Source: Myxococcota bacterium (GTDB lineage Bacteria > Myxococcota > XYA12-FULL-58-9 > JABJBS01). From it: a DNA stretch of 30,929 bases. Position numbers and translations under genes: made by a program. Every line of letters begins with the position of its first letter. Position 1 is the first letter of the stretch. The DNA is taken from positions 1 to 30,929 of the forward strand of contig JAYZAY010000051.1 of NCBI GenBank assembly GCA_036339465.1, read 5' to 3'. The notes below the pieces were generated by a model, which searched no databases, was not told the origin of the DNA, and saw only the letters and a list, made by a program, of their open reading frames with translations. Shown here piece after piece: positions 8,991 through 18,531 of the stretch.

Positions 8991-10361
8991 ATGACGTCTG
9001 AAAATGGTTCGGCTGGCAAGAAACCGCTCTGCGCCGAGCCTTGGCGTAATTTATATATCGGAAATTCGGGGGTTTATCAGCCTTGCTGTCATATCCAATT
9101 TCAGACGGAGAAGCCTTGTGGTTCTCGAGATGAACTTCTAGACATCTATAATTCCTCGGAATTGGTTGACCTACGTCAACAACTGGCATCCCACAACGTT
9201 ACCAACGAAGAGTGTCGAGGATGTTTGGCCGGTGCACGAAGCAATGCTTCCTATACTAAGGATATTGGTTTTGAGGGAGTTTCTTCTTCGTACAAAGATG
9301 CCCGTCAGAAAGCGGAAGAGAGCTTTAGTCGGGGTGAAACCCATGTTGAACATCTACCTTTACTACTAACGGTTTACCTTTCCTACCGGTGCAATATTCG
9401 ATGTGTTATGTGTAGTCAGGCCCTAGTAAGAGATAAGTCGATGTTTAGGGATTATCCAACTGAAGCTCTTCAGGACATCTTTGATGAGGTTGGTAACGGA
9501 GAACTTCCCTTCTTGAATTTAGTGGGTGGTGAACCGATGTATAGTCGGGATGGAATTGCCCTGTTGGAGTATTTTGGTGAGTCGGAGGATCTGAATACCC
9601 AGCTAGGGGTGACCACCAACGGGACCCTTTTCAGAAGGCACCGAGACCTTTTGAGTAAGATTTCCCAAGCCAATTTTTCGGTCAGTATTGATGGTTTCGG
9701 TGACAGCTATAATTACATTCGTGATGGTGCGAGTTGGGATGAGTTGATTGAGAACCTTGACCTTCTACAGGGGATTACAGAACAGAATCCAAAAGTAGCA
9801 GTGGCAGAGATACTTTCCATTGTGATGGCTTCATCGATTTGCGATTTACCTGAGCTTATTCGCTTCTTCACGGCAAGAGGAGAGAAAATCCGTTTCTTGG
9901 AGTGTGATGGTCCGTTTTATCTGGAGAATTGCTTTGTCTATCCCTCTCTTCTTGTGGGTATGCCTTGGCAGCAGACTCTTGCCGAAGCCATAGAAGTGGC
10001 AGAGGAACTAGAATTGACCCAAATAATTACGAAGTTAGAACAGATCCAGGAACGCCTTTTGGATACTTTTGAAAATCCTTCAATGGAAATATTTATGGCT
10101 GAGATACATCGGGTAAAGGACCTATTCAGCCGAAAAACGGCGACCTGGAAGATTGGAGGGCGGAAGAAAGTTCGGCATCTTGAGGCAGCCAGTTTGGTTA
10201 AGATTGCAGGGCAATTTGTGGCCTGGCTAGATCAGGTTAATGTGAATCATGATTACCTCTCCTCTGAACAGCACACCGGTTTAAGAGAACGGGTATTGTC
10301 TGTGGGGCGTGAGCTGGTTGTTGCTCCTGAAAACTCTCTTTTACCCATTATACGTTCCTAG
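8991..10361 (+). CDS. Radical SAM protein with N-terminal SPASM/Twitch-like domain (paralog 1)
   Basis: CAEPW...QPCC...CRGC, then CNIRCVMC, GGEP, TTNGT, SVSIDG, YNYIR. Confidence 0.85.
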   Translation: MTSENGSAGKKPLCAEPWRNLYIGNSGVYQPCCHIQFQTEKPCGSRDELLDIYNSSELVDLRQQLASHNVTNEECRGCLAGARSNASYTKDIGFEGVSSSYKDARQKAEESFSRGETHVEHLPLLLTVYLSYRCNIRCVMCSQALVRDKSMFRDYPTEALQDIFDEVGNGELPFLNLVGGEPMYSRDGIALLEYFGESEDLNTQLGVTTNGTLFRRHRDLLSKISQANFSVSIDGFGDSYNYIRDGASWDELIENLDLLQGITEQNPKVAVAEILSIVMASSICDLPELIRFFTARGEKIRFLECDGPFYLENCFVYPSLLVGMPWQQTLAEAIEVAEELELTQIITKLEQIQERLLDTFENPSMEIFMAEIHRVKDLFSRKTATWKIGGRKKVRHLEAASLVKIAGQFVAWLDQVNVNHDYLSSEQHTGLRERVLSVGRELVVAPENSLLPIIRS

Positions 10362-10529
10362 GAATGGCTTGAATTCATATGAAAACCATTCACGGGGTTT
10401 TTGGGCAAATACGTCTTTTTGCTCTTCTTCCAAATTGGTGGGGGAGCTAACAAGGATTTTCTGACCTACGGTCAGTTCAAAACAGATGATCAGACCCATA
10501 ATGGGAGTAGTTGGTTGATGAATTCGAGT

Positions 10530-10556
10530 TAAAGAAACCATGGTTTTGGGCGATGT
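10530..10556 (+). promoter_or_regulatory. Sigma28 (FliA)-like promoter
   Basis: TAAA(G)-N15-GGCGATGT upstream of GTG 10590. Confidence 0.45.
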
Positions 10557-10589
10557 TATGCGATTGTTCCAACCATTCGGGGGGCCAGG

Positions 10590-11999
10590 GTGAGCATCAA
10601 GAGAGCTTGTGAAAAGGGGAATCCCAGGGAGTCTAAGGAGGGGACTGAAAGTAAGCGCCCTCTCTGTGCTGAGCCCTGGCGTAATTTATCTATTGGAAAT
10701 GAGGGGACCTATCGACCTTGTTGTCATATTCAGTTGAGGACGGATAAGCCTTGCGGGACCAAGAACGAATTGCTTGACATCTTTAATTCACCAGAAATGC
10801 AGGATTTACGCGGGCAACTTGCGTCTCAAAACGTCACCAACGAAAAATGCCGAAGTTGCTTGGCCCATGATAGGGTTAACCCCGCCTACACGAAGGATAT
10901 TGGTTTTGAGGGAGTTCCTTCTATCTACGAAGATACTCGACAAAGAGCCCAAGATAGTTTTGATCGAGGGGACACTGTGGTTGACCACCTTCCTTTGCTC
11001 CTAACTGTTTACCTCTCTTACCAATGTAACATTCGTTGCATCATGTGTAGTCAGGCGGTGGTGAAGGACAAAAAGATGTTTCGGAACTACCCATCGGAAA
11101 ATCTAATTTCGATATTTGAAGAAATTGATGGAGAAGAGGTTCCGTATCTAAACCTCGTGGGCGGAGAACCGTTTTATAGTCGAGATGGAGTGGCCCTGAT
11201 CCAGCATTTTGGGAATGCAAGAGATTCACATGTTCAAATTGGGGTAACAACTAATGGAACGCTCTTCAGTAAACATGAGGAAGTGTTGTCAAAACTATCA
11301 CAGGCCAATTTTACGGTTAGTATTGATGGTTTTGGGGAGAGCTATGAATACATTCGTGATGGAGCCAATTGGAACGAGCTCATGGAGAACATTGAGACTC
11401 TCGATCGAGTCACGGCGAAGAACCCGAAGGTGCGATTGGCGGAAGTGACCTCCATTGTGATGGCCGCATCGATTCCTGATCTCCATAAATTGGTCCGATT
11501 CTGTGCGGATCGTGGGCAGACTCTGCTCTTTGTGGAGTGCGACCAGCCATTCTATTTAGAGAATTGTTTCTTTTATCCGTCACTCTTGATGGGAACTTCC
11601 TGGGAGGAGTCGATGCACAAGGCGATAGAGGTGGCCCGTGAGTTGAACCTTCCGATAACGACAGAGAAGCTGGAATTCGTTCATGGGAGACTTAGAGAGG
11701 CATTCTATAGCCCCTCTAAGAATATATTGCTGAACGAAATTCAAAGGATCCGCAGCCTATTTAGTTTGAAGGTGACCGGTTGGCAGATTGGCGGTAGAAA
11801 AAAGGTTCGTAGTTTAGAGCGTCATGTACTCAGGCAAATTGCTGCCCAGTTCTTTGCTTGGCTCGACAAAATAAATGCTCAAGGTGAGTATTTTTCTAGG
11901 GAACAGCATGCTCGCTTAAAGGAGCGCTTAGGAGCTTTAAGTTCTGGTCCTTCGGAGAATGTGGCCTCTAAATCGTCTCTTCCCATCTTGAGTGCCTAG
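10590..11999 (+). CDS. Radical SAM protein with N-terminal SPASM/Twitch-like domain (paralog 2)
   Basis: CAEPW...RPCC...CRSC, CNIRCIMC, GGEP, TTNGT, VSIDG. Colinear with 8991..10361 over its whole length. Confidence 0.85.
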   Translation: MSIKRACEKGNPRESKEGTESKRPLCAEPWRNLSIGNEGTYRPCCHIQLRTDKPCGTKNELLDIFNSPEMQDLRGQLASQNVTNEKCRSCLAHDRVNPAYTKDIGFEGVPSIYEDTRQRAQDSFDRGDTVVDHLPLLLTVYLSYQCNIRCIMCSQAVVKDKKMFRNYPSENLISIFEEIDGEEVPYLNLVGGEPFYSRDGVALIQHFGNARDSHVQIGVTTNGTLFSKHEEVLSKLSQANFTVSIDGFGESYEYIRDGANWNELMENIETLDRVTAKNPKVRLAEVTSIVMAASIPDLHKLVRFCADRGQTLLFVECDQPFYLENCFFYPSLLMGTSWEESMHKAIEVARELNLPITTEKLEFVHGRLREAFYSPSKNILLNEIQRIRSLFSLKVTGWQIGGRKKVRSLERHVLRQIAAQFFAWLDKINAQGEYFSREQHARLKERLGALSSGPSENVASKSSLPILSA

Positions 12000-12138
12000 C
12001 TGGCCGGTTGAGTTCTCGGGATGTTTTTCGACTTTTTCCAATAATTTGTTAGTGAAAATCATCGAGGTTTGTGATGATCGGCTAGAGCGTTGGGGCTAGA
12101 TAAACTGTTCTTTCAGTCATTAACTCGAGAGGGAGTGA

Positions 12139-13761
12139 ATGAATTCCGAGGAGCTAAAGAAGCTTTGCAGAGTCTACCGGGAGCATCCCGACATTCCAGC
12201 CTCTATCAAGGAAGCATGTGGGCGGGTACTGGAGGCCTCTGATAGTTCGAGTATTTTTTTCCTGGCTCGCGCCCTCCATGAATTTGGAGCTTGGAAGCCT
12301 TTGGTCGCAATTGCGAATATATTGGGATCTGCTCCTCTTGAGATGAGGTTGGCGACCCATCTCCTCTTGAGCCACGCTTATTGCGAATTGGGAGAGGGGG
12401 AAATGGCTGCCAATGAGATGAAAACTCTTGGGGCACTTGTTGGGGGAATGGATCTGGAAGAGTCAAACCTCATCACCGACTGTTTTTCGGCTGTCTACCG
12501 CCGGGCCAATATCCATTTTAATGATGGGGACCGCGCTCAGGCGGTGGCGGTTTACAATTTGGCACTACCCCACGATAAACGGCTTCATCATATCTCTTTT
12601 GGTCATCTTGGAGAAGAAGAGAAAGCCGTGGTGGCAACCACTCAAGGGGAGGGCACGCTCGAGGGAATCACGCGTTGTTGCCGTGAGCCATTGGGAGTGG
12701 TGGATTATCCTGAGGGAGCTCAGAAGCTTTTAAGCGTGGAACAATCTGAAATCACGACTCTCCAGGGCCGACGTTTACTCTTGGTCATGCGTCTGCATTT
12801 CTCTCGGGGAGAACATTCCAGGAAGCACGAACTCCAAAAGAATTTTAGGTATACGGCCGAACAATTGGGCATCAACACTTCCTTTTTTAACGCTGATCCC
12901 TTTGTGTTTTTTCAAGACTTCGATGAAGATTACCGCCGAGCGGCATTCGCTAAATTGGAAGATTTGATTCAAGAGGTTAAGCCGGAATTTGTGGTTTTCG
13001 ATAATCTTTGCTCCCAAGATCAAGATGAAGTTCTCACCGCTGATTTTTATGAAAGAGAACTGCTCAGGCTAAAAGAACGATTCAATTTTAAGCTGATCGC
13101 CCTCTATCCTGATGCTTGGCATCCACCGAGCTCTCGAGGAGCGATGTTGGCGGGCGGTTTCGCCGATGTTCTTTGGCACAATCATTTGTCTCTTCATTTA
13201 GAGATGGAAGAGACTGTTAGGGCGAAGTCTTCCGTGATTCCATTTCCTTTTCCTGTGGAGCGTTTCGATACGCATAAAAATCGAGACATCGACACCGCCT
13301 TTGTTGGAACCTCCGTACAATACAACTATCTTCGGTCACTCTGGTTTCTGGCCATGGAAGACGCGGGGACCGATTACCAGCTATTTCTGACCAGCCCTGT
13401 CCATCGGGAAGGCATGCTCACCCTAACGGATACCCAGTATGCAGAACTGCTGGGCAGGATTAACACCAGTATCCAATTTTCATCGCGCAATGAGAACACC
13501 AAGATACTTTGTGGCCGGGTTTGGGAATCGATGTTGGCCGGCTGCGCTTTGATTGAAGAAGAAAATATCGAAACAAAACACTTTTTGGTGCCGTATTTAC
13601 ATTATATTCCCTTCAGTTCTACGAAGGATCTGGCTGAGGTGGTGAAATGTTTGACCGAAAATCCCGAAGAGCGATCTGCGTTGGCCCTGCGGGGGCGCGA
13701 TTGGGTGAGCAATATTTGTTCGGGGGCTCGTATTTGGGGTTACATGCTTCTTAAGGCATAA
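12139..13761 (+). CDS. Glycosyltransferase (CgeB/Glyco_trans_1_2-like C-terminus) with helical, TPR-like N-terminus
   Basis: RDIDTAFVG, GRVWESMLAGCALIEE...HYIPFSS..DLAE....L..NPEERSALALRG. RBS GGGAG before ATG. Confidence 0.7.
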   Translation: MNSEELKKLCRVYREHPDIPASIKEACGRVLEASDSSSIFFLARALHEFGAWKPLVAIANILGSAPLEMRLATHLLLSHAYCELGEGEMAANEMKTLGALVGGMDLEESNLITDCFSAVYRRANIHFNDGDRAQAVAVYNLALPHDKRLHHISFGHLGEEEKAVVATTQGEGTLEGITRCCREPLGVVDYPEGAQKLLSVEQSEITTLQGRRLLLVMRLHFSRGEHSRKHELQKNFRYTAEQLGINTSFFNADPFVFFQDFDEDYRRAAFAKLEDLIQEVKPEFVVFDNLCSQDQDEVLTADFYERELLRLKERFNFKLIALYPDAWHPPSSRGAMLAGGFADVLWHNHLSLHLEMEETVRAKSSVIPFPFPVERFDTHKNRDIDTAFVGTSVQYNYLRSLWFLAMEDAGTDYQLFLTSPVHREGMLTLTDTQYAELLGRINTSIQFSSRNENTKILCGRVWESMLAGCALIEEENIETKHFLVPYLHYIPFSSTKDLAEVVKCLTENPEERSALALRGRDWVSNICSGARIWGYMLLKA

Positions 13762-13833
13762 TCGCTGCCGCCACTGCCCAGTGTGATAAAGCGAAGGCGG
13801 AATCGCACCATTGAATTTTAATTTGGGTTGCGC

Positions 13834-14847
13834 TTACTCATCGGCGTAAGCGGGATGGGCGGTTTGGGAAAGTTGGGCCAATGTCTCTTTCGTAAGCCAT
13901 TGGTCGTTGTTATCACTGCGGTAGGAGAATCCATCCGGGAGTTTTTCCGCCTGCGGCGATCCAGGACCGACCCACTTGTGGTCATGGGGTTGAATGACAA
14001 ACATTTTATCCACGCGAACCGCGTTTCTGGCTTCATCTTCTGAGATCAACGATTCGTGTAGCTTTTCGCCCGGGCGTATGCCGCTCGTTGTAATTTCGCA
14101 ATCGGGTCCAATGGCTTCTGCTAGGTCTAAGACTGCCATGCTGGATATTTTCGGAACAAAGACCTCACCTCCGGTTATGAGGGGAATACAGCTCAACACA
14201 AACCTGACGCCTTGATCCAAGGTTAGCCAAAAGCGGGTCATCCTTTTGTCGGTTACGGTGAGAGTGCCGGTTTCTCGTTGCTCAAGAAAAATAGGGATCA
14301 CACTTCCTCGGCTGCCCACCACATTACCATAGCGGACGCAAGCAAAACGGGTGTCTCTGGGACCCGAATAGGAATTCCCGTGGGTAAAAATCTTCTCCAT
14401 ACAGAGCTTGGTGGCTCCGTAGAGATTGATCGGACTCACGGCCTTGTCAGTGCTCAGGGCCATCACCCGGGAAATCCCACAGTCGATGGCCGCATCGATG
14501 ATATTCTTAGCTCCAATGACATTGGTTTGAATGGCCTCGAAGGGGTTGTATTCACAGGCGGGAACTTGTTTTAGGGCTGCGGCATGGACGACGATATCCA
14601 CCTCGGCTTTGAAAGCTCGGTAGAGACGCTCCTTATCGCGGATATCCCCGATGAAGAATTTTAATCTTGGGTCTTGTATTTCCCGACGCATGTCGTGCTG
14701 TTTAAGCTCGTCACGACTGAAGACAATCACCCATTTTGGGTGACAGGTTTTGAGGATGGTTTGTACGAAACGCCTCCCAAAAGAACCTGTTCCTCCGGTG
14801 ACTAGAATCGTTTTACCTTCGTAAAATGAAGAGATTTTTGACGACAT
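13834..14847 (-). CDS. pseB: UDP-N-acetylglucosamine 4,6-dehydratase (inverting)
   Basis: TGGTGSFG, FSRDELKQ, HAAALKQVPACEYNPFEAIQTN, STDKAVSPINLYGATK, RYGNVVGSRGSV, MTRFW, GIRPGEKLHE. Confidence 0.93.
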   Translation of the reverse strand: MSSKISSFYEGKTILVTGGTGSFGRRFVQTILKTCHPKWVIVFSRDELKQHDMRREIQDPRLKFFIGDIRDKERLYRAFKAEVDIVVHAAALKQVPACEYNPFEAIQTNVIGAKNIIDAAIDCGISRVMALSTDKAVSPINLYGATKLCMEKIFTHGNSYSGPRDTRFACVRYGNVVGSRGSVIPIFLEQRETGTLTVTDKRMTRFWLTLDQGVRFVLSCIPLITGGEVFVPKISSMAVLDLAEAIGPDCEITTSGIRPGEKLHESLISEDEARNAVRVDKMFVIQPHDHKWVGPGSPQAEKLPDGFSYRSDNNDQWLTKETLAQLSQTAHPAYADE

Positions 14848-14938
14848 AAACAGACGTTACAGGGTTTTAGAGATTGGGGAAAGAAATCTGAGAAGTCGGC
14901 GTTGTGCAATAACGGGCCATAGGGGCTAGGTTTCGACC

Positions 14939-16129
14939 CTAGTGCCGGTAGAATTTGATTACTTTTTCGAGTGCATCTAGGGTGTCTTGGGTGTCTTGCG
15001 AGGTCATGGCGGGAAAAATAGGGAGGGAAATCATTTCTTCGTATGCTCTTTCAGCATGGGGACAAAGTCCCAGTCCCAGGTTAAAATTTTCTCCATAGAG
15101 CGGATGCAGGTGAACTGGGATATAATGAACGTTTGCCCCGATGCCCTCGGCCTGGAGGGCCTGGAAAAACGGAGGCTTTGAAGCACTTAGGGCACTGAAA
15201 TCTATCCGAATTACGTAAAGATGATAAGCATGGGTCCTCTTTGGAGCTAATTTGAGAGGGGTGATTTCGTGGATTGCGCTTAAGGCCGAGTTGTAGGTTT
15301 GGGCGATACTTTGTCGCTTTTGGGTCCAGTGGGGAAGTTTATTGAGCTGACTTATCCCAAGTGCGCATTGGATATCTGTGAGTCGGTAGTTATAACCCAA
15401 GTCTGCAATTTCGTAGAGCCAAGAGCCGTTTTCCTCGCGTTCCCGGTGATCCACACTGATGCCGTGGTTTCGGAATCTTCGCATCCGGTCGGCCAATTCC
15501 GGTCGGTGGGTGGTGATCATTCCGCCTTCACCGGTGGTCATGGGTTTGACGGGGTGGAAACTAAAGACGGTCAGGTCGGCTAAATTTCCTACCCTCCGCC
15601 CCTTGTAAGTCGCGCCCAGGGAATGGCAGGCATCGGCAATCAGGGCGAGTTGATGTTCGTTGGCGATCTGTTGAAGCCTGTCGTAGTCGCAGGGCTGCCC
15701 AGCGTAATCCATGGCGATGATGGCTTTGGTGTGGGGTGTGATGGCGTTTTGTACGGCCTGGGGGCAAATGGTGAGGGTTTCGGGGGACACATCCACCAGG
15801 ACAGGTTTCCCTCTCTGATAAAGCACACAGTTGGCGGTGGCGGCAAAGGTGAGCGTGGGCACGATGACTTCGTCTCCCTCTTGGATGCCCAAGGCGTTCA
15901 TGGCGGTGTGAAGGGCTGCGGTTCCGTTGGCCACGGCCACGGCATGGTCACTTTGGGTATGGTTGGCGAAAGCTTCTTCGAATTCCGATACCTTCGGACC
16001 CGTGGTCAAAAAATCGGATCTTAGTGTCGCAACCACGGCCGCAATATCATCTTCGTCGATGGTTTGCCGTCCATAATTGAGACGTCGGCTCCGGACGGGT
16101 TTTCCGCCGTGGATGGCCAGTTTATTCAT
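14939..16129 (-). CDS. pseC: UDP-4-amino-4,6-dideoxy-N-acetyl-beta-L-altrosamine transaminase
   Basis: YGRQTIDEDDI...LRSDFLTTGP, DACHSLG, FSFHPVK..TTGEGG, LGYNYRLTDIQCALG, VHYIPVH. Adjacent to pseB. Confidence 0.9.
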   Translation of the reverse strand: MNKLAIHGGKPVRSRRLNYGRQTIDEDDIAAVVATLRSDFLTTGPKVSEFEEAFANHTQSDHAVAVANGTAALHTAMNALGIQEGDEVIVPTLTFAATANCVLYQRGKPVLVDVSPETLTICPQAVQNAITPHTKAIIAMDYAGQPCDYDRLQQIANEHQLALIADACHSLGATYKGRRVGNLADLTVFSFHPVKPMTTGEGGMITTHRPELADRMRRFRNHGISVDHREREENGSWLYEIADLGYNYRLTDIQCALGISQLNKLPHWTQKRQSIAQTYNSALSAIHEITPLKLAPKRTHAYHLYVIRIDFSALSASKPPFFQALQAEGIGANVHYIPVHLHPLYGENFNLGLGLCPHAERAYEEMISLPIFPAMTSQDTQDTLDALEKVIKFYRH

Positions 16130-16206
16130 GGTATTCGAACTCCAATCTTGAGAGGCTTGTTCTCTAATAATGAAGCCCGTGGGGCCTTGTCAAAGGAGCG
16201 ATGGTT

Positions 16207-17571
16207 TCAACTCGCTTCGCGCTGGCAATCGACGGTTTGCCCGTGGTTGGCTCCTAGAAAATCCATGAGCCAAGCAGAGATGGCTTGGGATTTTTCCAAG
16301 GCTCTTCGATTTGAGATTTGATATTCTTTCAGGATTCGGGTCGCTGCTCTTTTGATGTTACGTTGCGTGTCTTCGCGGAGGAGGGATGCGAACTTTTCTT
16401 CCATTTGCGCTTCGGTAGTGGCAACATGAATGATGCCACCACGGTACAAGGGGTGGGGGTTGAAGGCGTCTCCTCGGTAGAAGTTCTTTTCCACGCCACC
16501 CATACAGATCATGGTGGGAATACCTCTTCTAGAGCTATCCCAGATCACCGAGCTGATACTGTTGGTGACGACCAAGTCGGCCACTTCAAGGGCCTCGGGG
16601 AGGAAGTTTTGATGGACTGTTAGGTTTTTCATGTTCGCTTTGTAGGCGATGTGCTGGATGCCATTTTTCCAATCTGGATACACCCGGTTGTCTGCGTAAG
16701 CAGGATGGGCCTTTATCAGCACCTGAATCCTTTCTGCTTTTTGGTGTTGGGCAATGAAGCGAAACATGGATTGATAGAATTGAATTTCTCCCAGCTTGTC
16801 TTGAATATAGCCGGGGTAACTGGGCCCGAACCATGTGGGGGCAACAACAACGGTTTTTATCCCCGGCGCAAGCCCTAGGGTGCTAAAGCATTCGGTTTTG
16901 GATTTTGGGGGTGCATCGGAGCTATCCATGGGGGTGCCTAGGGGGAGCACTTGCTTGTTCTTCCAATGGGGTATTTCCCGGTCAAATTCATGGGCCAGTA
17001 GATTTTCCTCCTCCAAACGGTTGTCTACGCAGAGCACGTCGCCGATGTGAAGCATACCGGGTGAAGGCCAATAGCCCGGTCGAAAGGCCTTGGGGCTTGG
17101 TTGTGCTGCGGAGTATCCGTGCTCGATATTAAACACGGGTATGCCTCGCTTCTTTGCGTTGATCACCGCAGGTCTTTGGGCATAGTGATATTCGGCATTG
17201 GTTAGGAGCAAATCCAACTCAACCGCCTCACAAAGAGCGTTAAAACATTGGTCGAGCACCATGCAGGATTTGGATAGGTGTTCGAATACCTGAAATAGGT
17301 GGTCCTCAATATGGGGGAAAGTGCCGGATTTTAGGCTTTGGAGTCGATAGGTGAGTCGTGCGTAGAATTCCGCTATCTCCCGAGTCCATTTCATAGGATC
17401 GAGGTTTTTATCGCGATCACCAATTAGGGATTCCACAGATATTGCATGCTTGAGTTTTAGACTGTCGAATTTGGCGTCTGAAAAATAGATGAGTTGAAAA
17501 TGGGTATCCAGTTCTCGAATGAAGGTGGTGTGATGGTCGAGGCGCAAACCCATGCATAGAATCTTTTTCAT
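16207..17571 (-). CDS. Putative GT-B transferase with HP motif (candidate nonulosonate/pseudaminyl transferase)
   Basis: AKKRGIPVFNIEHG, VVVAPTW, LIKAHP, ADLVVTNSISSVIWDS..RGIP. Directly upstream of pseC-pseB. Confidence 0.55.
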   Translation of the reverse strand: MKKILCMGLRLDHHTTFIRELDTHFQLIYFSDAKFDSLKLKHAISVESLIGDRDKNLDPMKWTREIAEFYARLTYRLQSLKSGTFPHIEDHLFQVFEHLSKSCMVLDQCFNALCEAVELDLLLTNAEYHYAQRPAVINAKKRGIPVFNIEHGYSAAQPSPKAFRPGYWPSPGMLHIGDVLCVDNRLEEENLLAHEFDREIPHWKNKQVLPLGTPMDSSDAPPKSKTECFSTLGLAPGIKTVVVAPTWFGPSYPGYIQDKLGEIQFYQSMFRFIAQHQKAERIQVLIKAHPAYADNRVYPDWKNGIQHIAYKANMKNLTVHQNFLPEALEVADLVVTNSISSVIWDSSRRGIPTMICMGGVEKNFYRGDAFNPHPLYRGGIIHVATTEAQMEEKFASLLREDTQRNIKRAATRILKEYQISNRRALEKSQAISAWLMDFLGANHGQTVDCQREAS

Positions 17572-18290
17572 CTCAGACTCTGTTGTAGCATGGCGGTGAA
17601 GAATTTTGGCATGTCATACCAAAGTGCGGCTTCCAGATAAGAGAGGTCGTTTTCATCGCTCGAGAATGTGTGGTTGAGCATGGTTACCAAGTCAGTTCGC
17701 AGTTGCTGGCTCAATGTATCATCTTGGGTGATTGGGTGTCGTTTCCAAAACTCTTCAATCATCTCGTAATCGAGGCAAGCGTGGGCGAAACAGTGAGGGC
17801 AATAAAAGTGTTTCAGGACACATAAACTTTGTTGGATCCGACAAGCTGAAATGGTCTGACAACACGGGCATTGGAGTTTAAACTCGAATTCCGTGCAATC
17901 CACCGGTAGCACCTTGCAGCCGAGAATATGAACTCGGTATGTCTCTTCGCGACCGGTTTTCAGATGTGAATCATACCACTCCCAGTGGTTTGTGATGTTT
18001 TCGGTGGCTTTTTGGAGGGCTTCGAATCCAGTGGATGGTTCGATGATCGTGCTCAGGCGCCAAAGTGGTGCCAACTCATGTTTGGAGAGATCGGGCAATT
18101 TTGGGATGAGAAGATCGTAACAGTTTTCTACGTGGGGCAATTGATTCAGGAGCATGCTTAATCGAGCCAATTCGGTGACACTTTTGGTGGTGTAGCCCAA
18201 TTTCTCTTTGGATTCGATGAAGAGGTTGAAGGCTTCTTCGACGCGTCCGGAGAGCCGGAGATGGGCGATAGCCTTAAGTGGGGTTGTCAT
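17568..18290 (-). CDS. Hypothetical protein: helical N-terminus plus Cys-rich putative Zn-binding domain
   Basis: CPCC and CPHC pairs. The stop overlaps the next ATG (ATGA at 17568-17571). RBS GGAG upstream. Confidence 0.7.
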   Translation of the reverse strand: MTTPLKAIAHLRLSGRVEEAFNLFIESKEKLGYTTKSVTELARLSMLLNQLPHVENCYDLLIPKLPDLSKHELAPLWRLSTIIEPSTGFEALQKATENITNHWEWYDSHLKTGREETYRVHILGCKVLPVDCTEFEFKLQCPCCQTISACRIQQSLCVLKHFYCPHCFAHACLDYEMIEEFWKRHPITQDDTLSQQLRTDLVTMLNHTFSSDENDLSYLEAALWYDMPKFFTAMLQQSLR

Positions 18291-18381
18291 TTTGAATTCT
18301 CCAAGGAGCCATTGCTTACACCAAAGGTGCCTGTGGATAGAAAGGAATTTGGGGAGGCCTTGGCACCCAATCCCCCCAAGG

Positions 18382-18408
18382 GCATCGCCGAAAAGACGCT
18401 GAACTGTA
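18382..18408 (-). promoter_or_regulatory. Sigma28 (FliA)-like promoter for the hypothetical-GT-pseC-pseB unit
   Basis: Minus strand TACAGTTC-N11-GGCGATGC versus extended consensus TAAAGTTT-N11-GCCGATAA. Confidence 0.4.
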
Positions 18409-18531
18409 GTCGAAGCGCCGGATTTAAGCGTGGGCTTTTGTCCTTGTCAAAACTTCCCGATGTTTTCCGATTGTGCTCGAAGTGGCGGCCCATAAGTTTA
18501 GTTTAACGGGGGCTCATGTTACCTTTGGGCA

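Noticed and set aside
14905..14919. Sigma54-like TGGCCCGTTATTGCA on the minus strand upstream of pseB
   Set aside because: GG-GC spacing is 9, not the required 10.
18261..18506. Short ORFs (81 aa plus strand, 68 aa minus strand) in the divergent gap
   Set aside because: No recognisable motifs, and they overlap candidate promoters.
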